A DNA stretch of 64,000 bases from positions 355,260,001 to 355,324,000 of the forward strand of contig OZ024740.1 in assembly GCA_964016885.1 (NCBI GenBank), written 5' to 3'. The notes under the pieces are model-generated. The model searched no databases and had not been told where the DNA came from. It saw only the letters and a list, made by a program, of their open reading frames with translations. Shown piece by piece: positions 28,669 through 42,925 of this stretch. The DNA is from Eledone cirrhosa (taxonomy: Eukaryota). The first letter of the stretch is position 1. Each line of letters starts with the position of its first letter. Both the position numbers and the translations under genes were made by a program.

Positions 28669-29481
28669 TCCCATACACACATATGTGTACGTGCGTGTAT
28701 ATACATTATTGATAATATAGTTTGCACTATGGGACAGTCCCTTCATCAGCTGTAGACTGGAAGCTCAATAATGTCGGCGCGTCCCGGTAAATATCACTTG
28801 CTCCAACAATACCAAGCAACAATGATGGTATTTGCAGAAGTTCGGATTCTTTTGGCTCAAAATGCAGCACACTTTTTCCATTTGTTAAATATGCAGTCAC
28901 CAAAATAAGCTATGTACTCTATGTAGTCACTTCTGTCCTTTACGAACTAATTCGTGCTGCTTTAGCTACTTCTATCATTTACAAACTATGTGGTTTACGC
29001 CTCACTGAGGATTTATTCGTTGCTTCCCACTATTCTTTCTCTAAAATGTTTCTAGAATATTCGCAGTGAAGCATTTCTGCTTCTCTCTCCAAATTTATGT
29101 GTGTGTGTGTGTATGTGTGTACACGTGCGTATGTGTGTGTTGTGTGTGTTTGTTTTGCAGCCTTTGATTAGGTTCAAAATAATCGAAATACATGTGTTTT
29201 CATTTTTGTGAGACGTTCTGGAGTAATCTTTTAAGAAACCTCCAAACTTTATGCAAATTAGTGCCTCATCAAGTTTTAATCCGGTACTGATGAAGAGTAC
29301 ATCTGATCCAAAAGTTATAAAGTTTAAATAACTCTTTAGTGCCTGGCAAGCTATAAATCAGACCAACAGGAGATTCAATTGAAACGTTTTTGTATTGTTT
29401 GTAATTGTATTGATATCTTTACAATGTTGCCTTATAATGTACATTATACCATTCACCTTGACTCCCCATGCATGCACGCAT

Positions 29482-29514
<33 letters not shown>

Positions 29515-32500
29515 ACTCCAAACACCCAGAATTAGACTTTTCTCCAAAAGACAACCACCCCACCTCCACTGACAGACAAAGAGAATGGCCAGCTAAATCT
29601 AACAGTGAACAGCTCACCAACAATTTTGCTGAAATCCATCCCACTTCCACTGAAGAACAGCGAGAAAGGTCAGCTAACTCTAGTAGTAATTGTCACCTCA
29701 TCAACAACGAGGCTGAAATTCATGACTTTACTGAACAAACAGAGCACCAAAAACTTGTGGACACCCTACAAGTGATATGGAACGATATGTTTCAAGAGAT
29801 ACACAGCCTTAATGTGAGTGACAGACCATACAACACTAGAATCAGTAAAGAACCCACTAAATTGGAATTGGAAGCGGTGAACGAAATAGCTGGCAATTAT
29901 CTGAAGGCTATACGATCTAAAGGTGTAGAAACGACATTTGAAACGCTTAATGTTTTGTTATATGTTTCAGCTGTCACATTGCTATCATATAACACACATC
30001 TAAAACCACGCAATCAAGATACAAACAGAAAGCCTGAACCAGCGTGGATGCGAAATTTAAAAACCAAAATTTTGTCCATGAGACGAAGTATCTCACACAT
30101 CGCAGTCGTTATGAAATGCAACATAGAGAGCAACTTCACACGACACCAGGAAGACCTAAAGAAAAAGTTAGAGAGACGATTTGGAGATACAAAATTTAAA
30201 ACTTTGAACTCCAGATTACACCAGTTGAAACAACAACTCACAGCTACAACAGAAAGACTAAAATATAAGTCAACAGCACATAAACGACAAGTGCTAAATA
30301 GATTATTTGCCAGAGATCCTAAATCAGTTTATCGCAGCTTCGGTGGCAAAAGCTCAATCCCCGTAAACGACACCCCTTCAAGAGAACAGGTTGAGAGCTA
30401 CTGGAGATCTGTATGGGAAACGGATGACGGATTCAACAGACAAGCTAATTGGCTAAAAGAACTGGAACAGGACTACTGCCAACATGTCCAGACAAAACAA
30501 TATGACATAGATGGGTCAATACTGGAAACAGCTCTACAGAAAATGTCGAATAGGAAATTGCCAGGCCCAGACCTCATTACAGGTTGAAGAATTTCACTTT
30601 CTATCGGCAAGATCTCATACGGTTGTTTACAGAAACCATTAAGGGCACACAAGAACTGCCCAGATGGTTATCAACTGTCACTACTCTCCTCATTCCCAAA
30701 AATAGCCAAACCACCCTTGCTAAAAATTACCGCCCAATTGCCTGCCAAAACATCATGTATAAATTATATACTGGGTGCCTTAACCTGTTCTTACAGGATC
30801 ACTGTGCTACCAACAACATCATAACACCTGAGCAAGCTGGTGGAAAGAGGGAGGTGTGGGGTTGCATAGATCACCTACTAACTAACAAAATGATTCAGGA
30901 AAAAACAACAAAGAATCGCAGAAACATGACTGTGGTGTGGCTGGACTATCAAAAAGCATTTGATAGTGTACCTCATGGGTGGATTATTAAGGCTTTACAG
31001 TTAGCTAAAGTCCCACAACCATTGGTAGCTGCTGTTGAACGCCTGACCAAGAACTGGTACACCAATTTGATCCTTAGAGGTGAGAAGGAGCAGGTTAAGA
31101 CTGATAGGATACATTACCAGAAGGGCATCTTTCAGGGTGATAGCTTGTCAGTGCTACTCTTCGTTCTCTCACTGAATCCACTATCTTACCTACTCAGGAA
31201 ACAAGGTGGACAAAAAAGTGGGCCCAGAAGTATCTCCCATCTTTTCTTTGTTGATGACCTGAAGTTGTATGGGCCAAATATCAATGACATCAAGAAATAA
31301 TTGGACCTCATTACACAATTTTCAACCGACATCAAAATGAAATTTGGTGAGTCCAAGTGTGCATATTTGGCAGTAAAACGTGAAAGAGCTGTGCCCTCCT
31401 CTAGAAATCTAGAGATGAACGGCCTGACAATACAACCTCTGCAGTCAGGTGACAACTACAGATATCTTGGACAGGATGAGAATGTCAGATATGATGGACC
31501 CATAAATAAGGAGAGAACCAGAACTGAATACCTCAGAAGAGTAAAGAAAATATGGTCATCAGAACTGTCAGCATACAACAAATACATTGCCCATAATACT
31601 TATGCTGTGCCAATTCTAACGCCAACATTTGGCCTGCTGAACTGGTCATTGCAAGAACTAAGTGAGATGGATGTTAGAACTCGAAAACTTCTCAGTCTTA
31701 CTGGGAACTTTAACATCAATGGTGATGTGGATAGGCTATACTTCTCACGCAAGGAAGGTGGCCGGGGTCTAAAATAAATATTAACAACATATGAGACCCG
31801 GATAGTAACACTGAAGCAACACCTTCAACAGAGGAAAAAGGTTGGCAACCATCTTGCCCAGGTTTATGAGCATGAAAAAAAAAAATATCATTAGAATAGC
31901 GACTGATCTGGAGGAGAGATATGGAATAAAGCCTGATATAAATTTCTCACCCAGAGAAATCGGAAGATCCTATTCAATGTTCAAACAAGATAAAAAAATT
32001 GACCAATTTACAGAAAAAGTTGTGCATGGATACTTGAGGCGTAAAACACAGACCATAGAGGGGATAAACCACTCAAAAAGCCTGGCATGGAGTTCTGACA
32101 AGTTTATGACATCACACCTTGAGGGATATCTCTATGCAATACAGGAACAAGAACTCCCTACCAAATATCTGCTGCACAAAAGAGGAGGGCCAGCAGCTGA
32201 CAATAAATGTAGGCTATGTAAAACAAAGATCGAGGATGTAAGCCACATTGTTGCCAGCTGCGAAAGAATGTCATCTCGCTACTACCTCCCCATGAGACAC
32301 GATGGGATAGCTAGAACCATCTGGAACGCACTTCGGAAAACAAAATTAACAACAAATGAAGAAGAATATATTGAGACAGATGGCACTAAGGAATACTGGT
32401 GGAACCTGAAAATAAAAACTGACACCAAATTAAAGCACAACCGGCCTAATATTGTTGAAAAACGTGTTCTGTTGTGGAGATCAGCTGCCCACTTGATGTA

Positions 32501-32837
32501 TACGTTGTCAGAAAAATACAGGAGAAGGAGGACATCTACGGGCCATTGATGAGGAGTTTACAAATTCAGTATCCAAGATACACCTTTAGCTTCACACCCA
32601 TCATTATTGGAGCTACGGGATATATACCAACCCGCTTGGACCAAAGTATGACTGAACTTGGATTTGCAGACAAAAAGCGCAGCTCCCTAATTCATAGTCT
32701 ACAAATGGCTGCGATAGCTGGCACCTTCAAAATTTGCAAAACATTCTTGCGATTCAAGGGATGACAATTTTTTTTCTTTTATAACCTTGCCACCAGGAAG
32801 GTGGCCGGTCAAAAAAATATACTCGAAATTAAGAGAC
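29515..32837 (+). mobile_element. R4/Dong-like RLE non-LTR retrotransposon, disrupted
   Basis: PGPD, NYRPIAC, WLDYQKAFDSVPH, GIFQGDSLS, HLFFVDD, LYFSRKEGGRGL, zinc knuckle CRLC..H..C, RHD, HNRP..EISCP. Stops at about 30585, 31298 and 31775 plus frameshifts. Flanked by (ACAG)n and (CATA)n. Confidence 0.88.
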
Positions 32838-33525
32838 ATACATACATACATACATACATACATACATACATACATACATACATACATACATACATACATA
32901 CAAACATACAGGTGTGCGTATGTATGTGTGAGTGTGTGTAGCACTTTGATAATGTATAAGTAATAAATTTTACTGGTTTTCATGTTCAAACCAGGAAATG
33001 GGATGGGCTCTGTCAGGTTTAAAAAAAAATGCCTAAGAAACACCGCATGTCACTACGGTGCCGCAACAACTCCACTAGGAGTTACGGCTCTAAGATGGGG
33101 GAATACCATAATCTTTTAAGTGTGTAGGTCATCAAAAAGACTTAATCTTCCCCTGAGCGTGGTAGTGGACCGACTGTGAACCACTGCAATATACTTTCTT
33201 CTTTCTCTGTTCTCAGTCGGCGTTGTCTTATACACTTCTAGTTAGTGAAGTCGATAAAACAAATATCAGATAAAATCGATATATATTCTTTACTCAATAA
33301 TTGCTTAGTTTGTTTATGCGTTTACCCGCGCACACATACACAGAGACACAGACAGACACACGGAACCATATATTTGTATATATATATATATATGTATGTA
33401 TGTTCTTCTGGTTTCATTAATTTATAAATTTTTATCAATAGAGAGACTTGGTTTCTAACATCGACACAAGATTCTTTCATTGGAATTTAGACATCAACAA
33501 GATAAATATGTCTGCATGCGCGCGC

Positions 33526-33563
<38 letters not shown>

Positions 33564-33568
33564 GCGTG

Positions 33569-33601
<33 letters not shown>

Positions 33602-34267
33602 GCGCGCGCAAGTATGGATGTTATTGTATGTGTGGATTTGTATTCTTTGAGTTGTATGCGTACACGTATGTATGTATGTTCTGGTTTCATAATTTTGTAA
33701 TTTTTTGGTATATATGTTGTAACCCAGTACAACCTGTCGCATGGTCGTGTCGTCGGCGACTAAACCGGCAACCCCACCACGTTTACTTGGTGAGGAGGAT
33801 GATTTGGGACACCCTGCAGGACAAAAAACAAAACCTGACGAAGGGCGGAAGAACTCATGAGTCAACAGATCTCCAAAAATGTGTAAATATGTATATACAT
33901 ATATATATGTGTGTGTGTATATGTATATACATGTATGTATATGTATATACATGTATATATATGTATATACGTGTATATATGCACGGGGACATAGAAATAA
34001 TCGGACTGGATACCCGATCGCGCGGTTAAACCACTGAGTGAAGGATCCCTAGACTTTGTCAGGGTATTCTTCTAGGAGAAGTCAACTCAGGAAACTGGGA
34101 TAACTCTGACATAAAACCTGAGGCTCAGTAATTACCGATGATGTTGATCTTTTCTTCTTTTCGGGTTATAGCTACTGTCGCTCAGAGAGTGGGATTGGCT
34201 CAGTATACAGTCTTTCCTCACTTTAGAAAAAAATCTTCACGCACAGGCATTGCACAATAGAATTAAT

Positions 34268-34450
34268 TAATTGTTTCTACTTTAGGCACAAGGCCAGCAA
34301 CTACCCAGTGCCTCACTGGTACTTTATTTTATCGACCCCGTAAGGATGAAAGGCAAAGTCAACCTCGGCGGGATTTGAACTCAGATCGTAAAGGGACGTA
34401 ACTATGCTAGAAAGCATGGCGTCCGACCCTCTACCGATACTACCAAATGG
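34268..34450 (-). mobile_element. tRNA-derived SINE
   Basis: Reverse complement of the family consensus seen at 37559-37745. Confidence 0.9.
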
Positions 34451-34823
34451 CCATACTCGATAACGAGGGGGCAGCCACCATACATATATGTATGCATGTA
34501 TAGGTGCGAGTTGGTAGAGTTGTTAGAACGTCGGATAGAATACTTTGTGGCATTTGTTTTGTCTCATTGTGCTCTTAGTTCGAATCCTACCGAGATCAAC
34601 ACTGCCTTTCGCAGTCGATAAAAACATATCAGTTCAGTATTGGGTTCGAATCTCCCTCTATATTTCTTCCATATCCTTCTCACTTCTATATCCTTCTCAC
34701 CTGATCTTTGAAAGAAATCGGTATGTTCATATCTAGGGAGGAGATGGGCTCCGCCAGGATTTAAAATGTCATTACGGCGCCAACAAAAGTGTATGTATGT
34801 ATGTATGTATGTATGTATGTATG

Positions 34824-34854
<31 letters not shown>

Positions 34855-34857
<3 letters not shown>

Positions 34858-35146
34858 TCATCTTGGTTAAGAGAGTGGGACTGGCTTTGTGCAGTGCCTT
34901 TGCTCACTAAAAAAGCTTCACGGCACAGGCATTGCTTTATATCTGGAGATCTCTCTGCACTTGTCGTCCCATGGTACCATGGGCCCAGCACTATGTGTCA
35001 ATAATTGACACAAGTGTAGTGTTTGTACCAGAGTTTTCAAGTCGCTGGCTGGACTAAAAAGTCACACTTGTTCAGCGCATCGGTAGGGGTTCTCCTACAT
35101 GTATATAAAGTAGTGGCCGTACTCGAAAACGAGTTGGCAGCCACCA
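34855..35146 (+). mobile_element. 5'-truncated copy of the bipartite RTE-like element
   Basis: Reverse complement match to 4580-4900; flanked by (TATG)n. Confidence 0.75.
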
Positions 35147-35540
35147 TGTATGTATGTATGTATGTATGTATGTATGTATGTATGTATGTATGTATGTGTT
35201 TGTACCAGCAGTTTGACAAAAAAACAGATCGATAAAATATGTACCGAACTTGAAAATGAGTTGGCTACCCACAGGTGGGAGCCTCACGAGCTGGAATGGC
35301 TCTTCCAGAGCGTCTTCCTCACCATCCTCCGGAGAAACGCCTTCTGTATTCTGTCCGCCGGGGCCGCGGGGTGAGATGTACGAGGGTCCCCATTTGCTCA
35401 TAATAGTGAGAGATGGGGAGGGCGGGAAAGACGGAAGCAATGACATTCGGAGTTTGGTTCTTTTGTGTTCGGACCTAGTGAATATATATTTATTTACCGC
35501 ACTTACACACACGCAAACATAGTTGACAAACCTATATATA

Positions 35541-35597
<57 letters not shown>

Positions 35598-36135
35598 CTT
35601 CATTCGCACACACCCATATATATGTGTGTGTGTGTGTGTGAGTATGTATATATATAATCTCTGTGTGTGTAGAATATATTGTATTTAAAAACGCACATTT
35701 TATTATACATTTGTAGTTGTACGTATACACACGTGTGTGTGTGTATATATACGTACAACTACAAATGTATAATAGAATATGTTTTAAATACAATACATTC
35801 TAATTAATGTTTATTGTGTTAATTAAGAAATTACTTACCCGACAGGGTGTTCAGAGTGTAAACCCAATTCAATTTCTTCAACGTTCATTTTTCTTCTTTC
35901 TATTTCGCTTCAAGTTTCTCTCTCTGTCTTCCTTCTACCCCCTTCGTTCTTTCACTCTCTCTTTGTCTTTCCCCCCTCACCTCCGTATCTTTCTTTATCT
36001 CTCTTGTTCCTTCCCAGCTAAACAAGACGTGTGCTACTATAAACGTCTTACTATGTCAATGCCTTCTGTACACTTCTAGTGAGTGGGTCTCACTTTCGTC
36101 TTTTTCTTTTTGAACTATTTCTACGCCTTTGTGAT

Positions 36136-36166
<31 letters not shown>

Positions 36167-36279
36167 TTGTTGTTTGTGGCTGTGTCTATGGCTGGGTGTG
36201 TGGATCTGTATGGATGCCTGTGTTGATGGGTGTGTGAATGTGTGCGTGTATGTATGTGTGTATGTATGTCTGTAGATAT

Positions 36280-36975
36280 GTCAGGTCACCAGTTGGTGCT
36301 ACTGGTAACATGTATCCCAGTACAACCTGTCTCATGGTCGGGTCGTTGGCGACTAAACTGGCAACCCCACCAAGGTTTCTTGGTGAGGAGGGTGACTTTG
36401 GACATCCTGCAGGACTAAAAACAAAACCTGTCAAAGGGCAAAGGAACTCTTAAGAGTCAATAGCCATCCAAAATCACCGGGAGAGATGACCCCTTAGCCT
36501 TTGTCAAGGCAGAATTCTAGGAGAAGGAAAACTCTGATATAACACCTGCAACCCTGATGGTATCCAATGATGTTGACTTGTTCTTCTTTTTGGTAAATAT
36601 CATCTTGGTTAAGAGATTCTACCCAATGATTACATTAAGGGTACATGTGCGATTGGAATACTCTGACATGTACGAAGTTAATTCAATGATTAGGAAGTTC
36701 ACTTGTATGTAAGAACATAGAATAGGACACTCCCTACTGACTATAGAATATACAAACCAGTCCACCCTTATCTATGCCACATATGCCACAAGATCTGCAA
36801 ATCTCAAGGAGGTCTGAACAGACATTTCAAGGTTCATCAAGATAAACAGGAACCCCAAGCTGCACCAAAACTAATGTGTAATTTATGTGAACGGCTTTTT
36901 AAAAATATGTCTGGTCTGAAAAGCTACATAAGATCTCAAGAAGAACTGATTATCTTGTACACTGAAGTGGTCAAG
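36280..36975 (+). mobile_element. Bipartite RTE-like derivative with a different 3' module (two C2H2 fingers)
   Basis: 36280-36615 is near-identical to the reverse complement of 4880-5218. 36763-36940 translates HPYLCHICHKICKSQGGLNRHFKVH...CNLCERLFKNMSGLKSYIRS. Confidence 0.6.
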
Positions 36976-37009
36976 CTTAGTATTGAGTAAACAACCAGTA
37001 GGTATGTAT

Positions 37010-37285
37010 GTATGTTAACCTGCTGGAAGCCAACTTTGTGCCGATAGTGGGGAGTAGGGAGGTGGCCCTAGAGCCAAGGACACCAGAAGTCTCCACTACA
37101 ACGGGCTCGACCGCAAACCTGTCGGAGAGCGACCGATATTTCGAGAGTTTATCCTCCTCAGACCGAAGTGCAGCAGAGCCTGGTTTAGTCACAGACTGCA
37201 CCAAGTTGTTGTTGAAGAATGTGTCGCTGCATGTGGTACCCCAGATGAGGGGTTTTCTACGGAACGGGAAGATGGTATTGCCGTT
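37010..37285 (-). pseudogene. Restriction-like endonuclease fragment of a CRE-like retroelement
   Basis: IWGTTCSDTF...GSAALRSEEDKLSKYRSL..FAVEPVVVETSGVLG. Confidence 0.7.
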
Positions 37286-37558
37286 GAACTCAGAACGTAA
37301 AGGGCCATAACTCTATGCTGGAAAGCATGGTGTATGATGCTCTACCGATACTGCCAAAACCGCCACCCTAGTAAAAACCCTAGTAAATAATACATGCATA
37401 AATACATAGATACATAGTGCGTACATACATACGTACTTACATACATGTATTCATATATGCATACTTAACATGTATGTATGTAGTTGTATGTGTTTCGCTC
37501 TGTTTACTTTTTTCTTTGTTTCTTTACGCTGAGGTAACATTTTAACAAACAACACCTT

Positions 37559-37745
37559 GGTGGATTGGCAGTATCGGTAGAGGGTCGGACGCCATGCTTT
37601 CCAGCATAGTTACGTCCCTTTACGATCTGAGTTCAAATCCCGCCGAGGTTGACTTTGCCTTTCATCCTTACGGGGTCGATAAAATAAAGTACCAGTAATG
37701 CACTGGGTAATTGCTGGCCTTGTGCCAAAAGTAGAAACAATTATT
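37559..37745 (+). mobile_element. Full-length tRNA-derived SINE (a 5' fragment lies on the minus strand at 37286-37367)
   Basis: A and B boxes, Nin-like core, tail. Confidence 0.9.
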
Positions 37746-37904
37746 TGTTGAAATAATATTTTCAGGTTTTCGTACTTACAGACTGGTAAATAATAAAAGA
37801 TACATACACAAAGAAGTGACTGACATATAAATATGTGTGTGTGTTACTGTACCGATTGTGTTGTTATTTCTGTTTACCTTTTACACACACACACATTGTG
37901 TGTA

Positions 37905-37954
<50 letters not shown>

Positions 37955-38050
37955 TGTGTGCGTGTGTGTGTGTGTGCCTGTGCGTATGTATGTATAGACT
38001 GTCACATTATTATGTTATAAAATCCATTCTATTGTTGTTTTTATTGGTGT

Positions 38051-39921
38051 TATAGCGAGATTACTGGGTTGTATGAATGTAACAAAACGAGACATGGTTT
38101 GTGTGTATAATATTTAATTAACAATGGTAGATAGTATAGTTGACATGTCAAAGATGAGGATGATGTTAGAATGAAGCAAAGTTAGTAGTTACCGTTTTGA
38201 TTGCCAGGCAATGGTGGCTGGCAGAGGACGCCTGGCTAAGGCCAGGCGCCTGTTGGCCAAATTAATGGCAGAGCCAAATGAGAGGCTCTTGACCTGGTGC
38301 CAAAAGGGCAAAGAGAGTTAGAAAGCTTAAAGTTGTTAGTTTTATAGGGCTCTGACCGGAAGTTGCAGAAAGGGTTCTACTTCCCGTCTAGATCCCAATC
38401 AAAACAAGGGAGACAACCGCTACATAACCTCCCGCCAGAATTTTAGTGTATAAAAATCGAAATGAAAATATGTAGCAAGTTGGCGAGAATGTTGTAACAG
38501 GCATGAAAATTACGACAAAAGAATGTTTGGAAAAATCAATGATAGATATCAAGGTAGCCAACCGTTCTTGGCCAGAGAACGACTGGACATCCATCTATCC
38601 ATCACCCAAAGATACAATGTAATAAAGTAAAAGTAATAGAAGAGCTCAAAGTTCAAATGTACAAAATATAGTTCACAGGTGTGCAATCACATGACAGCAG
38701 GAAAGAAAGTGTGTTCCAGAGAATGAATGCAGGTGGTCTCTGTTCTGTGGTATATCGTGAAATTTCCAACCTCCGAATGGATTTTCTCACAGGAAGAGTG
38801 CTGCAAAAATGAATTCTCTGGCTTTGGTGAAGCTGTGTTGATGTATTGCTGTTGCTGTTATATTGCTGTTGCTGCTACTGTTGTCTCGCTGAGTGAGCGC
38901 ATTCGGTGTTTAAATTCACAGTAAAAAAATTTTTTAGAAAAAATGAGTTGCGCAAAGTGCTAGAAATAGCAGCCGAAGTTGATGGTCGATGTTGAGAATG
39001 CGTTGACCTGGAAGGGTCAAGAGGCCAGCGACCAGAGAAATAAGCATTCTTAATAAATGCGCGGTTATCAACGGTAAATTTACATTGTAAATTTATAAAC
39101 CGGCAAATAGAAGAATATAGCTTAAGGCTGAAGAATCCTTGGTGAGAAATGTTATCTCTGGCGTGCGGCTATGTCTGTGAGTAGAGACATCTCTGTGAAT
39201 CGAGAATTTGTGCTGCCTACACATGCCAATACAAGGTTGAAAAAAATAATATTTCTAACGCGCGAGAAAATGATAGTGCAATTTTGAAAGTGACAATGAT
39301 GAAAAAGAAAGGCTTCACTCAGCATAATTATTGGTGTGAACTTTTTGAAAAAAAAAAAAAAAATTGAACGATGAAGAAAACGATGAACAAAAAGGCAATG
39401 GTTCATCGAAAATAAATGTTCCTGTTGAAATGTTTTTTTAAAGAATATCAAATTTCTTTTTTTTTTTTTTTTTGTGTTTTGAAAGAGTTCGTTGTAAGAA
39501 ACGAGAAACATGTATATATATCGTGAAATGCGACAGTTAGTTGATGCGTGAGAGAAAAAGTCTGTCTGTGCGAATTCCACATGTGCGTGTGTGCGTGTCC
39601 TTGAGTATTTTCATAGTTTGTCGCTAAATTTGCTGTGTATTCGTAATGTTATTCACAAAACCAGATGTGCTATTTTTTTCTTTTTTTGGGGGGGTGACCA
39701 CTTATAGCGATGAACGGCTGCGTGTTCGTATCACGTCAGGGTTACCAATATAGCGAGGATACTGGGTTGTATGAATGTAACAAGGAATACATGTGAACAA
39801 AAAGGCAATGAGAGTTAGAAAGCTTAAAGTTGTTAGTTTTATAGGGCTCTGACCGGAAGTTGCAGAAAGGGTTCTACTTCCCGTCTAGATCCCAATCAAA
39901 ACAAGGGAGACAACCGCTACA
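38051..39921 (-). mobile_element. Non-autonomous LTR retrotransposon (Gypsy-like)
   Basis: LTRs at 38051-38424 and 39749-39921 (the latter internally deleted); termini TGTAGCG..CGCTATA; GTGT 4-bp TSD; PBS tggtaaccctgacgtgat (39730-39747, tRNA-Trp-like); purine-rich tract next to 38425. Confidence 0.85.
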
Positions 39922-39924
39922 GTG

Positions 39925-41675
39925 TCTTTGTTTAGATGGTTTACCTCATGAATTTTACGTAGACATGCCAGACTTGTTCGCCGATTTCCTCGAAGCTGTC
40001 TACTGAAATCGACAGCAGAACGGGAGTAGGGGCTTAGTAACGCCGATGGGGAAGGCTGAGAATAAGAGGGACGTTTTAGATAAGTTCTGGCCCATAACTC
40101 TGCTCAACACAGAGTTTAAGATTTTGATTAGGTTGTTAGTATCGAGGTTGGCGCTTGTCGTCGAGAGCCTGGTAGAGGAAGCGCAGATCTCAAAGCAGCT
40201 GGCTTCGGTTCTTCTTGAATCGGGACGTATATAGGGCTGCATCGGCATATGTGATTGACGTCACCGTGATGGTGTCGAACACCTCAGAAATCGAGCTGGT
40301 CAGCAACTTCTTAGAGGAATATGAAAGGTTGACGGGAGGAACTTGGAAAAGTCGATGGACTTATAGCTCGGCACCTGGTGAGGCAAGTACATGCCGTTCA
40401 ACAGCGTCATCGAATGCTGGACCGATGGACTAGTCGAGTTGGTCTGGTTTGGGTCATACCTTCTGGTGGATAAAAATAAATATGAGGTAATGAGCAGGGT
40501 GGCCAATCCCACCCAGAAATAGGCTGAAAGATATCCCTGAAAAGTCGGGCGGAGTAGGCAAACGCGTACATCACATCAATCATTTATTACCACCCGACCC
40601 TTGTGTCTTGACTCCGTCCACGCCTTGTGGAAAGAGCAAGTTCCACTGGTGAGGTAGTCTATCTCCTCTATGTGGACGGATGGGCATGCCTTGACTGTTG
40701 ATACGCTAACATGCACTAAGGCTACGAAACGGTGAACAAGTGTGATCACCGTTTGTGAGATCTTTCTGCAGATCGTCTCTTTGACTGAGCTGCTTTTGTG
40801 AGTCAGGGGAGGATCGAAACTGGGTACTTGTTATCTGGAATGGTATCAGGCGCTCACAGTCGGGCAATGTGGTCAGTGGAAATTCGACTCTAGCGTTTTA
40901 TAGAGTCTAGCGGTGAGAAAGTGCGACAAATTTCTCGGAGAGACTCTGAGAGTCGACGAAATCGAACTGACCAGCCTGTTCCGGAAAACCTTCGAGTCGG
41001 GGACAATGGACGACTTCCAGAAAACTCTGGCTTGATAGGGCTACCGGGAAGCGGCCACTGCTGGTTTGAGACAAAATCTACAAGCACGGAAGTGCTGTTA
41101 GACGGAACTGCCCACGATGCGTGCAGAGCTACGAAACCGTTCAGCACGCACTCGTCCACTGTCTGAGCATTACTGACTTGTGGAGTTTAATCGAATAGTT
41201 ATCATGTGTAGGACGGATTAGGTTATCAATCAAGTCCATCGTGAAAATCGCCCTGTTGTCACCATCTTTTACCCGGGAAGGGCAGGTAGTTTTCCTCTGT
41301 CTGGGGGCTGTAGCGAAAAGTGTTCTGTGTTGGACGCAGCTGAAAGGACTACAGATACACTTTCCTCTTCGGCCAAACCCTCATCAACTTTTTCAAGTTC
41401 CACTTGCAAAGCAAGGTGAGGGTGGAGAGGAAGTGCTGCTCCTCAGCATATTTTGTTAAAGGTGGGTGAATGTAGTGAGGATGGCCCGAATGAATGGACC
41501 TACCCTGACCATGCGCTTATAGGCTGGAGAGTTTCGAGAGGAGAGGGGGCACCCTTCTACAGTACTGTTGGAGAAAAGGGTGGTTTAGAATCTGTGGGGG
41601 TTTCTAAGTAACCCCAGTATCCGTGTTTTTTGTATTGTCTCCTATGTGTCGGCCCTTGTGGCCAATAAAAAAATA
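39925..41675 (+). pseudogene. Heavily decayed L1/Tx1-like LINE
   Basis: DKFWPITLLNTEFKIL..LVSRL and SAYVIDVTV (degenerate AYADD); 3' end ggcccttgtggccaataaaaaaa. Confidence 0.65.
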
Positions 41676-41687
41676 GTAATAATAATA

Positions 41688-42090
41688 ATAATTGTTTCTA
41701 CTTTTGGCACAAGGCCAGCAATTACCCAGTGCATTACTGGTACTTTATTTTATCGACCCGTAAGGATGAAAGGCAAAGTTAACCTCGGCGGGATTTGAAC
41801 TCAGAATGGCAAGGGCCGTAACTCTATGCGTCAAAGCATGGCGTCCGACCCTCTACCGTTACTGCCAATCCACCGCCTTATGCCAATAATAATCGGATGC
41901 CATGCTTTGACGTATGGAGTTACGGCCCTTGCCATTCTGAGTTCAAATCCCGCCGAGGTTAACTTTGCCTTTCATCCTTACGGGGTCGATAAAATAAAGT
42001 ACCAGTCACGCACTGGGGTCGATTTCATCGACTTTTCCCTCCCCCCAAAATTGCTGGCCTTGTGCCTACATAAGAAACCATTATTATTAA
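41688..42090. mobile_element. Head-to-head pair of SINEs (minus 41688-41878, plus 41893-42090)
   Basis: Both match the SINE consensus and share subfamily variants (tgacg, ttgccattctga). Confidence 0.85.
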
Positions 42091-42174
42091 CATCACCAAA
42101 CAAGAATGTGCGTTACTGCCCAGGTGTTTACATTAGACAAGAATGGATTGTTTGTGAAACAAGGTGTGGTGCAT

Positions 42175-42242
<68 letters not shown>

Positions 42243-42646
42243 TACTACATACATACTTAAGTGCATACAATTATTAGTACATACATACACACATACATAC
42301 ACCTATACACACATACATACATACACACATACACACATACATACACACATACACACATACACACATACATACACACATACATACATACCTACCTGCATAC
42401 ATAACCTACATACACACACACATACACATTCACACATACAAGACCCATACAACACACAGGCATACATTGCTACATACATACATACATAAGTACATACATA
42501 CATAAGTACATACATACATACATAAGTACATACACACATACATAAGTACATACATACTTATATACATACATTAGTACATTAGTACATACATGAGTGCGTG
42601 TGTGTGTTTGGAATGCCACTTTATGTTGTTAATGGTGATTACGAAG

Positions 42647-42925
42647 TGGCGAATTGACAGTCGTTAGGACGTCAGATAAAATGTTCTGCATTATTCATTT
42701 CTGCTCTCTGTACTCTGAGTTCAAATCCCGCCGAGGTCGCTTTTTGTCCATTTCGGGGTCGCTTTCCGTACATCTCGAGGTCGCTTTTCATACATTTCGA
42801 GGTCGCTTTTTATCCATTTCGAGGTCGCTTTTTGTCCATTTCGGGGTCGCTTTCCGTACATCTCGAGGTCGCTTTTTATCCATTTCGAGGTCGATAAAAA
42901 TGTACCAGGCCAGTACTGGGTTGAA
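42647..42925 (+). mobile_element. Diverged SINE with internal tandem amplification of a core segment
   Basis: gagttcaaatcccgccgagg followed by about 7 copies of a roughly 22-nt tcgaggtcgctttt.. unit, then gtcgataaaaatgtacc. Confidence 0.7.

Noticed and set aside
29283-29397. CTGATGA...GAAAC long-stem hammerhead as a functional feature
   Set aside because: Stem III and the cleavage triplet cannot be formed; kept only as weak support for the stem II trend.
36280-36425. HDV-like ribozyme in the RTE-like 5' module (two CUAA motifs after hairpins)
   Set aside because: I could not build a P1/P2/P3/P1.1 double pseudoknot conserved across the copies at 33715, 36280 and 55600; needs a descriptor search.
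37559-37645. tRNA gene
   Set aside because: The A and B boxes belong to the SINE head and are followed by the SINE core; no proper cloverleaf.
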